64,000 bases of DNA from Chrysemys picta bellii (lineage: Eukaryota). The notes below the pieces were generated by a model. The model ran no database searches, had not been told where the DNA came from, and saw only the letters and a list, made by a program, of their open reading frames with translations. The stretch is from contig NC_088795.1 in the NCBI RefSeq assembly GCF_011386835.1, forward strand, positions 12,276,001-12,340,000, in the 5' to 3' direction. Numbering within the stretch: the stretch's first letter is position 1; the number at the start of each line of letters is the position of its first letter. The translations under genes and the position numbers were made by a program. Below are positions 1 to 12,919 of the stretch, piece after piece.

Positions 1-16
1 GCATTCCAAATGCCAT
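1..16 (-). CDS. EPGN: Probable EPGN (epigen) first coding exon, N-terminus only, truncated by window edge
   Basis: Minus strand reads ATG GCA TTT GGA ATG C (MAFGM..), matching the sauropsid proepigen signal-peptide start as I recall it. A TATA box lies ~90 nt upstream, and EPGN normally follows MTHFD2L on the same strand. Only 5 codons are visible. Confidence 0.65.
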
Positions 17-104
17 ATCTAGTAGCAGATTAACAGTGTTTTCTTCTCTTCTTTCCAGAGAGCTGGGTTGTTCTGCTTACCTGTGCTCATGTGTCTTCCT
101 TGCA

Positions 105-112
105 CTTATATA
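105..112 (-). promoter_or_regulatory. TATA box of the putative EPGN promoter
   Basis: TATATAAG on the minus strand, predicting a TSS near 80 and a ~65-nt 5'UTR before ATG at 16. A CCAAT (ATTGG on minus) lies at 139-143. Confidence 0.55.
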
Positions 113-440
113 CCGTGAAGCGTCGCCTGCTGTTCTGACCAATAAAAAAAACAACGTGCATCTGGCAACAACCTAAAGCCTCAGGCCAACCACACATTCA
201 TTTAGGAAACTATCATTATCTAGCAATCTGTTCGGGTTTTCTTTTGAAACACCCGTTTCCTATTACCTGTAGGCATAATTGTGCATGCAAGGACACTGTT
301 TTATGGAGAAACCTGGTATCTGTCAAAGCAGAGTAACAAGATACAATGAAGCAAAAGTCAGTGAAACTAAACGTATGTACTACTTACAAATGAGAGATAT
401 TTTCTGTGTGGCTTGTATTTTGGGGGGCTTATATTATTCC

Positions 441-500
441 TAGAGAGGAAGGATTGGCCAATGGTTAAGGCACTAGCTGAGAACTTAGAAGACACAGACC
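441..500 (+). mobile_element. Degenerate tRNA-head (MIR/CORE-SINE-like) fragment
   Basis: GGCCAATGGTTAAGGCACTAGC A-box-like head; short and diverged. Confidence 0.3.
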
Positions 501-504
501 TCAC

Positions 505-1030
505 TGAAGCTGATGGGTGTGCTAGCCACCTCTCATTCAGGCTAAAAAGGGAGCAATGAAATGTCTCTTTGTTTAGTGATAGCTGAAACAATGGGAGACC
601 ACCACCCAAGGTACTGGCTGTATGTAAGGCCTGGGCAGAGGCTTAGCCATGCATGCCAAGAGGTTTCCTTGGAACTGATTGAAAATGCAGGGGTTGGGGC
701 GTTCTTTGGTTGGCGCTATGGGGGTGAGCAGAAAGCCTGGGGAAAGCCAGAGAAGAACTGGTAGCATGGCTGTGAAAGGAAACCAAGAGGGCTTCTCTTT
801 GGGCAGACTACTGGGCAGGAAGGTAGACTTGGAAGTTGTGAGGAAGAAAACTGACTCTTCCTGTTTGTTTCTATTGTGTGCAGGGAAACAGGACTCTGTT
901 TACGTTCTTTGTAAATAAACAGGGTTGCACTGACAAATATACCTCACTCCTATCACTCACTGCTCTTTCTAATGGAAACAATCCTGCAAGGCCCTCCATA
1001 TTGGCTAACAGCTCAGGCCAAAGGGGCACC
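505..1030 (+). mobile_element. Solo LTR-like element
   Basis: Purine-rich U3-like body, AATAAA at 914-919 followed by a U5-like tail ending GGCCAAAGGGGCACCA. Resembles turtle ERV LTRs; boundaries approximate, no TSD resolved. Confidence 0.45.
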
Positions 1031-1766
1031 AAAAGCCATATAGGTACCTAAGAAGATACCTGAAAGATAGTACAACATCAGTTACATTTCTATTAGTGTT
1101 TACAATTAGGAGTGGTCCCTCCCAGTGGTCACTAATTTAATCAGCAGTCCCTGGTCCAGCAAAGCACTTGTACATGCAAGTAGTCCCATTGCCCTAACTC
1201 TCACACATTGTTATGCTCACAGAACACAAGCAGCCACTTCCACTTTCTCAACAGAGAGCTAGAGGGAGGGACTAACATTTCACAATGTAAGGATACTGTG
1301 GTACATCTCTACTGTTCTCACTGTGTCAGGTTATTCCTCTGTGTTGTGTTCCTCTCAGTGACCCAGCGGATTAGATCCAGGAGCTTCACTTGTCAGGAGG
1401 AAAATGGCGTGTTAGCCTTGCCCATTCTAATTCACTCTCCTGGGAATGCATTACAGCCAGGAGGTTTTGATCTTTGTCAGTTGTGCTGTGTCACTGCACA
1501 CCTGCACATTCGTGGGGTGCAGCTTGTGTTTTATGCCTAGGTGGGTAACCCTTGCTAACAAATCACAATTCAGGAGGATAGCTGGATCAAGCGAGCTTGA
1601 TTTTCTATATCTATCCATCCATGCACCCACCCACACAATAGGAACTTAATTGAACCAGTACCCACAAGGTGGCTTCTTCATTATCAATAGGTTCAGTAGG
1701 ATTGTATCCTTATACCCGGATCCTGCAAATACTTATGTGTGTGTTTAAATTTAAGCATGTGCCTAA

Positions 1767-1971
1767 GGCTATGTCTGCACATCTGTACTGCTGCAGCTGT
1801 GTCGCTGTAAGGTGTCTGTGTAGACGCTCTCCTACCGGCATAATTAAATACAGCGGTAGCTATGTTGGCAGAAGAGCATCTCCCGCTAACATAGTGCTGT
1901 CCACACCAGGTCGGTCTGGGGTATGTTTTTTCACAGCCCTGACTGACAAAAGTGCTAGTGTAGACAAAGCC
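1767..1971. mobile_element. Harbinger MITE
   Basis: TIRs GGCTATGTCTGCAC / GTGTAGACAAAGCC, with TAA target-site duplication at 1764-1766 and 1972-1974. Confidence 0.85.
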
Positions 1972-2316
1972 TAAGTGTATGCTGGACTGGGACATTATTT
2001 GTACATGGTTGTTGACATGGTTTATGCCTCAGGCTTCAAATGTTCTTCCTGTAAAAAACACATTACAGAAATGAACATTTTATTCCGTTCATTTGGCACA
2101 ACAGTTTTATTTACTTCCTTGGTTTATACTATTTTGGCCACCATTAATTTTTCTAAATATGTAGAAAAATGTTAGCAGAAATAGAAATACTTTTACTTTT
2201 CATTTTTGTATTTTATGTACATTTAACGAAAATAGCAGGTATTTGGTGTTTAAAAACTAAACAGAAAAAATGGTCATAAGAAAAATCAGTACAAGTGTAA
2301 CTTTCCAACTTTTTTT

Positions 2317-2322
2317 TTTATT
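2317..2322 (-). terminator. Candidate MTHFD2L polyadenylation signal
   Basis: AATAAA on the minus strand ~1.5 kb past the stop codon, followed by CA and a U/GU-rich tract. Other AATAAA hexamers exist at ~2080, 2106 and 2678. Confidence 0.4.
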
Positions 2323-3835
2323 GTAGAAAGTACATTTTTGTAATTGAAGAAATATTCAGCATTATATTTGGGCTTTTTTCATTCAGGCAATCTACAAACT
2401 ACTGGCAAGCATCAATGGCTCTTGATTAGAGTAAATAATCAAAACCCTCTCTACTGAAATTCAGAGATGTAAACAATGGCCCAATCTGACACCAACTGAC
2501 GTCAGTCGGAGCTGGAGTGGGCCCTCAGTGTTAATAATATATGCAATCATCATCAGAATGGCTTATTATTGGTATTCACTGGCATTCCCATTTTAATTTT
2601 ACATCGCATTTGATTACTCTAATCCAGTTTTTGAACTGACATTCTCTCTCATTGAATGAATAAGTGAGCATCAACATTTTTATTCCTTCTTTAAATACAG
2701 ATAAATATTCCCCATTCTCCCAAGTTTGCCTCTTATTTTTATAGCAGTAGTGTCCTCGTCCCAATGTCACTCTTCTGTGGTCACTGAAGTGAATAGCAAA
2801 ACTCCCATGGGACCAGGATTGGGCCTTATGGCAGAGACTAAGAACATAAACTGATCACAGGAGGCAAGAGGGAACGCAGTTCATAGTTTTAACACAACTA
2901 TTTCATTCTGGATGATCTTTTCCTCCCCTTTTATATTACCGATGACACATTTCTATAGTAGGTTTTACTATAGACTTATTAATCCCAGCCCTGATCCTGC
3001 TAAGTGATCCATACATGGTCACATCATAGGATCAGGGCATATCAAACACTGAGCATGCTTAAAAAGAAACACAACACACTGCATGTGTAGCAACACATTT
3101 GGCTAACAAAGCCTGGATTGTGAAGGAGACAAATTCTGGTTTCCATTCTAGTGCACGTAGCCTCCACTGACTTCTGGGTACGTAGATAAGGTCAGAATTT
3201 GGCCTTTTGTGTGTAAGCTTATTTTAATATAAAAAAAATCTACATGCTGAACGTGAGCTTTATGATTTACCTTTATGATTTCAGCATGACTGGCATGCAG
3301 TTGAATCTTAGGTTGGAATCTTGCATTACTTGGGCATGCAAAATTCCTACTGACATCAACAGAAGTTTTGGATTTGCAAGGAATTCAAGATTTAGAATAA
3401 ATTTTTCAAAAGTGTGTAAGTGACTTGGGAGCCTAAGTTCAATTTTCAAAAGGTGATTGAGCATTTAGGAGCTTAAGCGTCATTAACTTTCAATGAAGTT
3501 TAGGGTCCTAACTGACTAAGTCACTTTTGAAAATAGGACTTAAGAGTAAAATTTTCAAAAGCATCTTAGTCATTTTTTTTTTATAAACAAGATTGACTCA
3601 CAGAACAACAATACACATGTGAAAGCTGTGATTGCACTTTGTTTTACTCACAATTCAGCTGCAGGAGGTAACAGAAGGTATTGCAACATTTTGTAAATCA
3701 TTCTCAGAGTCATAATATTTTACATGAAAAAATAAATACAATGTAGAAATAAATATATTTGTAGTAAAAAATAAATGTTTTATGTATCAATAAATAGAAT
3801 GACTGGGATTCATTTTTTCGTGTAGCAGTAGCTCT

Positions 3836-3948
3836 CTAGTAAATGAGCTTTTTAGCAGTAATGAGCGTGTTCTTCAAGAGCATGGCAACAGTCATGGGTC
3901 CTACTCCTCCTGGGACTGGAGTGATAAAGCCAGCTTTCTTCTTTACCT
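3836..3948 (-). CDS. MTHFD2L: MTHFD2L exon 8 (last coding exon, 113 nt)
   Basis: ttatattag|AG GTA AAG.. encodes (E)[36 protein letters not shown]. The short KKxIY C-terminus is MTHFD2L-type, not MTHFD2. Confidence 0.97.
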
Positions 3949-4239
3949 CTAATATAAACAGAAAAAAGGATACGACTGTAAGAATATTTCAAAACAATAT
4001 ATTTTCAAAAGCTCTGATATTTCAAAAGTGTGCATGAATTTACTGTATCATCTCAGGAAAGTTTGGGAATCTCACTTTGAAAATAAAAAAGGAAGTCCAA
4101 GTCACCTGTGCATCTGGTGGATGGAATTACAGATGGGCTTCCACCACCACTGTTCTAAAAACGTACCAACAGCAGGGCTGCAGTTGAGATTTGAGCCCTC
4201 TGTCTCAATCTGGCCTACCACCTGTGGCCAGAATACTTA

Positions 4240-4499
4240 GGCCTGGTCTACGCTGGAGGTGGGGATCGATCGAAGTTACGAAACTTCAGCTACGTTATTT
4301 ACGTAGCTGAAGTCGACGTACTTAGATCTACTTACTATGGTGTCTTCACTGCAGCAAGTTGACTGCTGACACTCCCCCGTCGACTCCGGAGTACCAGAGT
4401 TGATGGGAGAGTGCTTGGCGGTCGATTTATCGCGTTTTCACTAGACGCGATAAATCGACCCCTGGTGGATTGATCGCTCCGGAGGCAAGTGTAGACATG
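4240..4499. mobile_element. Harbinger MITE (hairpin family A)
   Basis: Left TTA + GGCCTGGTCTAC, right AGTGTAGACATG (degraded end). Internal hairpins CTTCAGCTACG..CGTAGCTGAAG and GATTTATCGCG..CGCGATAAATC are shared with copies at 12141, 33712 and 58327. Confidence 0.85.
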
Positions 4500-7400
4500 T
4501 AGTGTCCATCAAAGGAAAGGGAGGAGTAAAAAGAGAGAGGAATTTACTGGCTAACATGGCTTAGAGATCTGGGATAAGACCAAAAGACAAAGTTGGGGCT
4601 GAATGGATCCAGCACCTCAAGTAATAAATTCTCACAGGGATCATCAGTTTTACATAATTAGTTTCCTCACAGGAGGCTGCTGAAAACTACACCAGCAACC
4701 CAGTCACAAACCATGAAACATTACCCTCCCCCCACCCCCCGCAGGGTTAGGGCATTCTTTCATTACTCATGAGAAATACTAATGGCAGTATCCTGGACAT
4801 TTAAAAAAACAGCCTTTAAGGGCACAGGAGAAATGGAGAACAGTGTCATGTTAACCTGTTGGCATGGGAGATGGAATTTCTTGGTACAATGTGCTACTTA
4901 TATATTTTGCATAAGGTTAACCATTGGAACTCCAGGCTAACCACTTGCAAGGGAATCATTTCACTTTCAGAAAACCCATCCAATGATGGAATGCAATCAA
5001 TAAATTATGTGCTAGTTGTGGTTATTCTACATGGAAAGTCTATTTCTGCCCTCAACTGTCCAGACTGCTGTAGCTTGTGATTATTTTCGGGTTGTACATC
5101 TTCACCTCCCCACTAGCAGCTTCAGAATTGGCAGTGCTAGCTCTTAAGGAATTGCCAGAAAAATCAAACCCTGTTGTTCCTGCCAAAGGCATGAAACAGA
5201 ATAGAGGAGTGAACTGGAATTGCTAAACAGCATTTGCCACGGAGTTGGACTCTGCATAGCAGGTGGATTCTGCTGGAGAAAGTTTGGGAAAGGCACCTAT
5301 GCACAGCATATATATGTGGATTAAGAAGGAAACATCTTTTTTTCCCCCTAAGTGGACCATGTTCATCTCCGATGTAAGTGGGAATATCCCACCAAAGTCA
5401 GTAATGGGCTGAAATTGCACCATTATTTTCAAATTAGGCATTATATGAGATCCATGGAGATGAAGGGCTAGAAAATTAGGCAGCTAAAATATGAGGAATA
5501 AAGTTACTTGACAATACTACCGATAAATTAAATGTACATGGGTCTGGTGCTCGACTGGTGGAGTAAAATGAAAGATCTTAGAAAGAACCATTGAGAGAAG
5601 AAACTAAGGGTTGCTATTAGTTTAATAGACAGGATATTAATTAATTTTCTAGCTGTTTCTTTGTAACGAACAATTGATTACGAATGAAGATACCTCTCCA
5701 GACTATTTTTTGCAGTTAGGGCCTGATGCTGCATCCACTGATGTAATTGACAAAGTTCCCATTGAGTTCAGTAGCGCCAAATCAAGCCCTTACTGAGGCG
5801 AAATCTAGTAGTGGTAATTAAAGGTGATAGGGTTTTAATTACTCCATTGATTGATGCCACCAGCCATGTTAAAAGCTTTTTGAAAGGCAAACATAAATTG
5901 CAATGTGTTTTTTTGCTTATATTATACAATAAGAATGAATTTGATGAAATATGACAGTCACCCTTAAAATTCTCGGATACATGATTTGCATTTTCTTTTA
6001 TTAGTTTTATAATTTTGAACAAATTCCTACTCGTTTTTTGATTACATTTGGTGTGTTAATTTAGTCAAGTTTTCACTGCACTGTCCCAATCAATGTCATA
6101 GTCACTGAATGGAACTATACCCGGGCCTGAAGTAATATTAGCACATATCAAGACTGTTATCCTGTATTGGGGAGTAACGTAATACTAATTAAAACAGAAT
6201 GCATCTCAAATGGAAACAAATTTGTTTCCAAATGGTAATATTTCATGGTTTTCTTTTCAGAATGCAATTTATACCATCTTATTTACAAAGAGATGCAATA
6301 TACAACCTGAAGATGTTTTTCCTGTAGAAAGCTTAGCAATGAAAATCATGCATAGTATTAATTAATTACCTGAAGTGCTGGTGTCCCTGTTGGGACTAAA
6401 TGCACGGGGTGCTGTTTTTCCCAGATGCTGGGCAGTTCCTATTCTTGCACTGAATGTTAGGTACTGTATCATTATCGTGCATCAGAGTGAGACAGAGGTT
6501 TACTTTTATACTGGCTTACATAACTACCTGCCTAGGATCAGTTTGCGAAGGACAGTCCAAGGGCCACATTTTTAAAATGAACAATAGGTGACTAAGTAAA
6601 GCCATCTAAAAATGAGTTTGCCCTTGCAAAAGGGTGATTGCAGTCTGGTAAATCCCTAGCTAGAGGAGTAAATGTGGATGTGTTGAATGCATTTTTTGCA
6701 GACAAACTTCGGTGCCCAGATCTGAAAATCTGGCCCTGAAACTTCTAAGCAGATTTGGTTTGATTGTGCAGCTTGATAAATCAGCGTGCGGTTTCTGAGC
6801 TGGCGTTTGGATACGACAGACCTATCAGCAGCAAATGACGTGTTGCATTGGCAATTACTTTGTCTCACCTTCACTTTTAGGTGATGTAAAAGCTCTAGCC
6901 TCTGAATCTGCTTTAACTGCATGGAGACTCCTGAAACATACAGTGCCCTAAGCATTTATTTGGCAGTCTGGAAAACGCCAGTATTCTAATTAAGCGCCTA
7001 AGGGGAACGAGTTGTCACTTTGTAGCTTCTTTAGAACTTTAAAATATCTCTTTGATTCTTAACAAGAAATGAAAAGCAGATTGTTTCCTTGACAAACAGG
7101 ATCCTCGACTTTGGAAACAGTCTTCATTTGCTAGGTTCCTTTAAAGTTAAAAACTTCAGACATCGAAGAGGATTAATCACACAATCTAAGAGTAGATGAC
7201 AGTGCTCTCATGCCAATAAACTAGACTCATTCATGTCAAAAACAGCCAGATACAAACATAACTTCACTCTTTGAACTGAACATTTGTGGGTAACAGTCTC
7301 AAGGAGTAGTCTGCAACTTTTGCGGCTCAAAAGTTGATCTGTGTACAACAGTCACAAGAGCATTTTGGCACAAACTTTACGTTTAGCACGTTATTTACTT

Positions 7401-7968
7401 CAAATGGTCATTAATTTCAAATGCAACTTTTTCATTATATATTTCACACATAGTACTATTTTTTCCCTATGTGAACATGTAGGCTGTGATTTGCCACTTT
7501 GTACAGTAGTTGCATACCAGTGTAACTCCATTGTTTCTAATGGAGCTACTTATGTTTTACAAAGGTGAAAGTGAAAGGAATGCCGGCCCATAACATTTGT
7601 TCTATATGATCTGTAGCTAGCAAGCTATTTGTGCAGTGCCTAGCACCATAGTATGTAGGTGCTTTGTAAAGTAATTAGGAAGAAGCATGCATTGTCTGCC
7701 CTCATTAACTCTACTCCTCCCATGGGTGGAAAGGAAATGTATCCAAAGTGTTGGTTTTTAGGAGGAGGGTTTGTATTTGTTGCTCTGTTTGTGTATGTTT
7801 AGGAGCATACTTTGCTCTGAAAGGAGAAACACATAGACTCAACCTGATCTTCAGTGTGTAAGATGTTCCACAGCCAAGAGCCTCGATCCACGTGGTAGAG
7901 ATGCTTGCAGATATTGGCCAATTTTTCAAAACATCCACTAATGTTGGATGCCCTACCTCAGACCCTTA

Positions 7969-8265
7969 GGGTATGTCTACACAAGGAGTGCTTTGCTGAT
8001 CTAGCTATACCTGTATACTAGCCCGGCAAATCACTCCTAGTGTGAACGCAGCTTATACTGGCAAAACTGAGCTTTTACCAGTATAGCTTAGTTTGTTTGA
8101 GAGTGAAGGGATGGAGGTGGGGGGCTGGAATAAGCTATAATGGCAGAAGCTCAGTTTTGCCAGTATGGGGCTTTTGCCAACACAGCTCTGTCAGGGGTCA
8201 CACCTCTTCATATTCCTGACCAACATAGCTAGGCCAGCAGAAGTTTGTTGTGTGGAGTTAAGGCC
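7969..8265. mobile_element. Older Harbinger MITE
   Basis: TTA + GGGTATGTCTACAC left TIR; decayed right TIR GTGTGGAGTTAAGGCC; internal inverted TATACTGGCAAAACTGAGC repeats. Confidence 0.6.
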
Positions 8266-8408
8266 TGATTTTCAGAGGTGCTGCGTACCCACAGCTATCA
8301 TTGCCTTCAACAGAAGCTGTCTCCTTTGGTCCAAAAGAGAAGATCCAAACACACTAGGACCACCCGAGTGAGAAAATGTGTGAGTTGGAGCAACGTCTAG
8401 ATATAACA

Positions 8409-8482
8409 AGTTTCAGGGGAGAAAGGGACTGCTGTATGAGAGAGGCGATACAACATTTCTCTCTATATATTGTATATAGATG
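8409..8482 (+). repeat. 74-bp direct repeat, copy 1
   Basis: AGTTTCAGGGGAGAAAGGGACTGCTGTATGAGAGAGGCGATACAACATTTCTCTCTATATATTGTATATAGATG matches 15039-15112 with 3 mismatches. Confidence 0.9.
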
Positions 8483-8938
8483 TATTTAATAGGTTTGGCG
8501 TGTAGTAAGCACATAGAGCCAAATTAAGCATTCGTGTACACACTGACGGCAATGGACTAACAGCTGTTTACATCAGGATTAAATTTGGTTCAGAGACCTA
8601 CAGCAGTAAGAGACAATCTGGATGGAAAGAGTCAGGCCTGATCCTGCTTGGAAGTCCATAGCTAATTTTACATTATCTCTGTACTTGGACCAACTAAGAA
8701 CATCTGAGAACGGATATGGTGTGCATCTATGCCTGGTCAGAAACTCTGGATGTTTTGTGTAGAAAATATGCTATGGGTACTTCAAAAACTGTTGCAGCCA
8801 TCACATTAACTATCCGCTGCAAAATCCTTATTGACATATGGAGGCTCTGCTGCAGCCTTCCTGCTGAGCCATATGAGAAACACCAGGAAGTTATCCACAA
8901 ATGTCAGGTTATCCCAGGCACATTAGAAGTCGCTATTG

Positions 8939-9122
8939 AGAAAAGATAGCTCAGTGGGTTGAGCATTGGCCTGCTAAACCCAGGGTTGTGAGTTCAATCC
9001 TTGAGGGGGCCATTTAGGGAACTGGGGTAAAAATCTGCCTGGGGATTGGTCCTGCTTTGAGCAGGGGGTTGGACTAGATGACCTCCTGAGGTCCCTTCCA
9101 ACCCTAATATTCTCTGATTCTG
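8939..9122 (+). mobile_element. Turtle polIII/SINE (tRNA-Lys head + CR1 3' tail)
   Basis: GATAGCTCAGTGG..CTAAACCCAGGGTTGTGAGTTCAATCC tRNA-like head fused to the CR1 3' end GGTTGGACTAGATGACCTCC..TTCCAACCCT..TTCTCTGATTCT. Confidence 0.9.
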
Positions 9123-9161
9123 AACTTTGAGGACAGGGTTCACCTGCAAACCAGATACAAG

Positions 9162-9268
9162 GGGGGAGGTTTTCAAAAGCACCTAAGGGAATTAGGAGCA
9201 CAAGTCTCACTGACAGTCAGTGGAACTTGTGCTCTTAAGCCCCTCAGGTGATTTTGAAAATCTCCCCC
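9162..9268. repeat. Old palindromic MITE-like element
   Basis: ~53-nt arms (GGGGGAGGTTTTCAAAAGCACC..CACTGAC / GTCAGTG..GGTGATTTTGAAAATCTCCCCC), 1-nt loop, ~80% self-complementary. Related short palindromes occur at about 3400-3570, 5716-5790, 6700-6960 and 58850-58905. Confidence 0.7.
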
Positions 9269-10757
9269 AGGACTAATAGGGGGAAATACTGAAAAACTCA
9301 AACACAATGATTAGGCCCTTTGACATCAATTCATGTACATGGAATAGTTGGTACATGATCAAGTGCTGCATAAAGCCCATTGTGTTGGGCCTGCACCAAA
9401 ATACTTATTCCTCTTTTGAAACTTACTAAGCTATTTATTTTAATGATACTTGGTGGAAGTGAGTGCCACGGGCTAATTATATAATGTTCTGTATGTTGCA
9501 CAACTATTCCATATTACAATTTTTATGTTTGTTTCCTTTGAGTCCCGTCAGATGTCTGTTTTTCCTTATATTCTGGGGAAGAGTAAGCATGAACACCCAC
9601 ATGATTTTGATCCTCATCTCTGCTCAAATGTGAAGCTTGAAAACTTCGTTTTGTTATCGTTTCTTTGAGTATAGAGAGAAATTTTATAAGTACCATAAAG
9701 TAAAACTTTATAAGATCTTCAAAAACAGATGTAGAGAGCCATCCTGAATTCCCTCCAGCAGAGGTGGGAATTCACCCCACTGTCCACTTTTAAAGCATTT
9801 AAAGATTTCTTTAGTTTAAAATAGCATCTTTCAGTATTTATAAAGCAGGGAATCCAAAACGTTAGTTGTGATGTGGCAATTGAAGTTTCCACCTTGCTGT
9901 TAAAGGTGATCTCAAATCATACTGCTTGATTAATCCAAGCCATATTTATACATTTTTCTTATAAAGGAAATTTAAATTTGGATTGCCCACATCAGACTTA
10001 ATGCCCCACTTTCTATTCCAGTGCACATTTTTCTATGTCAAGGATGGTTTAATAGTAGGGAACAGCTGAGATCAGGGAGGGTGGCAGGATGGAGCCAGGT
10101 GACACTTTAAACTGTTACTGCATATTACTGCTGGCCATTTAAAGCATCTTATACTCAACTGTAAAAAAAAAAAAAAAGAATCAGATGTGTATAAATATGA
10201 ATTCAGCCAAATGGTCAATTTGTATATTAACTGATTATAATTCAGAGAATCGTTAAGTTAATTCTCAGTACAATACTTTGCTCAGTTTAAAGATACTGTT
10301 GGTAAAAACAAACATGTAACTTAAACACATTAAATAAAAATGCAAATATCTAATAACTCAGATTGTGATTACTATATCATTTTCACTTGATAAGCTGGCT
10401 CCACTTCTTAAGTGCTATATCAAATAATTTGCATGTAAATGTTTTACTTTACAGCCTATATGCATCAGATTGTTGCTGGTTCATTAGTATCGGTGAAAGT
10501 TTCACTAAATCATTAATCAAAACAAAACAATCTCCCTATGGCAATGTGCAGCTAAGTACTACCTGTAACTTCAGTGGCATAACCCAAGTTAAAGTTCCTC
10601 CCTCCTTCTGGGATCTTCCCTCACCCCAGGTAAAATCATGAGGAACAACCCACAGCAGAACTTGTCAAGACATACACAGCACAGTAGTAGGTCTGCAGGT
10701 ACAGAAACTTTGAATCACGACCTGGCCATCCGGATATAGCTTTATATTATCTTCAGA

Positions 10758-10945
10758 TTTCAGAGTGGTAGCTGTGTTAGTATGTATCAGCAAAAACAAC
10801 GAGGAGTCCTTGTGGCACCTTAGAAACCAACAAATTTATTTGGGCATAAGCTTTCATGGCCTAAAACCCACTTTAGCCCACGAAAGCTTATGCCCAAATA
10901 AATTTGTTAGTCTCTAAGGTGCTACAAGTACACCTCGTTGTTTTT
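10758..10945. mobile_element. Penelope-like element pLTR fragment with inverted copy
   Basis: TTTCAGAGTGGTAGCTGTGTTAGT..GGCACCTTAGA..GCATAAGCTTTC pLTR sequence followed by its inverted copy, the typical PLE insertion structure. Confidence 0.85.
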
Positions 10946-11309
10946 ATTATATTCATAGTGTCAGACAAACTTTTTAAGAAATCAAGAGAAACGTGGCACA
11001 CAAATTTAAGATGTGTTTATGCAAATCATGTTTCCTTGTATATACTAGTAGTCTGTGGAACTTTTGTTTACTATATTTTGTTGCAGTTCTGAACGGCATC
11101 TGCTATGTAACATTTCTTGTACTATTTTACCATCTTTTACTTACTACCGTACAAAGCAGCAAGTGAAGAGAGCATTGTTACAATTGTATTTTCAGAATAA
11201 TTTCCTGTATATCTCCATTTTAAATATGCAATTATACATATGCACATACATGTCTAAAATATATCTAGGATCAAGCCTGTTGCTCTACTCATGAGAGTAA
11301 TAATGGAGA

Positions 11310-11491
11310 TATCCTATCCTATCTCCTAGAACTGGAAGGGACCTTGAAAGGTCATCGAGTCCAGCCCCCTGCCTTCACTAGCAGGACCAAGTACCAATTT
11401 TGCCCCAGATCCCCAAGTGGCCCCCTCAAGGATTGAACTCACAACCCTGGGTTTAGCAGGCCAATGCTCAAACCACTGAGCTATCCCTCCC
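11310..11491 (-). mobile_element. Turtle polIII/SINE
   Basis: Minus strand GGGAGGGATAGCTCAGTGGTTTGAGCATTGGCCTGCTAAACCCAGGGTTGTGAGTTCAATCCTTGAGGGGGCCA head plus CR1-type tail. Confidence 0.92.
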
Positions 11492-12140
11492 ACCCTGTAA
11501 TTTCATTGACTTTAATAGATCTTTATGTGTGAGTAAAGCAAGCAGGATTTTGACTAGTTTATGTATGTGACACTCTAGCACTCCTTTTAAAAACATTTTG
11601 AATACAATTGTGCTGTCGGTCTGAGAGCCTGTATGCCAAGACTTGAAAGATTATTTTTAAAAAATGTGAATGAATTTCATGCATATCAAAATGAGGGGCC
11701 AATAGCTAGAACATGGATAGGTGTAAACTTCCCACACACAGCTCTGTCAACAAACTTTAATTTTGAACTGTAACAATCCTGCTAGTCCAGTCTAGAGCTT
11801 CTTTTGAGCAGACATTGTCAATCAAGACGCATTGTGCAGTTGTTTGGTAATACATTGCACAAAAAAGGACACTAAAATGAGATCAATGTGCACATTGTCA
11901 TTTGTGATCTAAGATAGGATCGTTTGCACCCAGATTTTCAGGATCAAAAGATTTATATATAGCAAGTCTTAGCATGGAGAAAATTACTTAAGCAAAATTA
12001 ATATCATTTTAAAATATGAGTTTCCAGTGGAAGTGCAGAAAGATCCTTGATAACATCAGCTTGACCAGTGATGCTGTAATATGTACTATATGCAATTGGA
12101 GTCCCTAAACTTGTTGAGGTCTGGGAATTGCTTTCTCTAA

Positions 12141-12451
12141 GGCCTGGTCTACACTGGGGGGGGAGGGGGGGGCAAAAGGGGGATTAATCTAAGTTACGCA
12201 ACTTCAGCTATGTGAATAACGTAGCTGAAGTCGATGTACTTAGATAAACTTACTGCGGTGTCTTCACTACGGTGAGTCGACTGCTGCTGCTCCCCAGTCA
12301 ACTCCGCCTGCGCCTCTCACCGAGCTGGAGTACAGGAGTCAATGGGAGAGCGCTCAGGGATCGATTTATCGCATCTAGACTAGACGCGATAAATCGATCC
12401 CTGCTGGATTGATCACTGCCCGCCAATCCGGCCGGTAGTGAAGACATATCC
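12141..12451. mobile_element. Harbinger MITE (family A)
   Basis: GGCCTGGTCTACACT / AGTGAAGACATATCC termini, TAA/TTA flanks, family-A internal hairpins. Confidence 0.88.
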
Positions 12452-12793
12452 TTAGTGGTCATGGACATAAGATGCCTAAAGGGAGCAGGGAAACTTGGGG
12501 AGGAAGTGGCACCACAGCCCTTTGCCATTTCTTCCCCTGCACCTGTCATCAGTGCTGGCATGCATTTTATAATTATACGTCCCAGTTTCCTTTAAAAACA
12601 ATCAGACTTGGGCTCTTTAATAGAGCATGTATTAAGCTGAGATACAACTTCTTGCTTCTTCAATACACTTCTTCAGGTGAGGAGAAAAGATTTGATTTGA
12701 CAAATTAATTTAACCATCTCATTTTTAAAATAATCAAATACCTTAAACCCAACTTATCCAGTCCTTTTATATCAGAAGGGGTATTTTTCTTAC

Positions 12794-12919
12794 CTTCAAA
12801 GTCCACATCCCCTACTAATTTGGTTTTCCCTGTCAGAGGATCGTGGATATGGTTGATGCCTACGTCAATCACAACTGCACCTTCTTTAACCATATCAGCT
12901 GTAATCAACTTTGGAATAC
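12794..12919 (-). CDS. MTHFD2L: MTHFD2L exon 7 (126 nt)
   Basis: tttcag|GT ATT CCA..TTT GAA G|gtaag; (G)[41 protein letters not shown]. Confidence 0.97.

Noticed and set aside
3843-4037. Plus-strand [14 protein letters not shown]..
   Set aside because: Antisense shadow of MTHFD2L exon 8.
8939-9015. tRNA-like sequence (also 11415-11491)
   Set aside because: It is fused directly to a CR1 3' tail and has a degenerate acceptor stem, so it is the head of the turtle polIII/SINE, not a tRNA gene.
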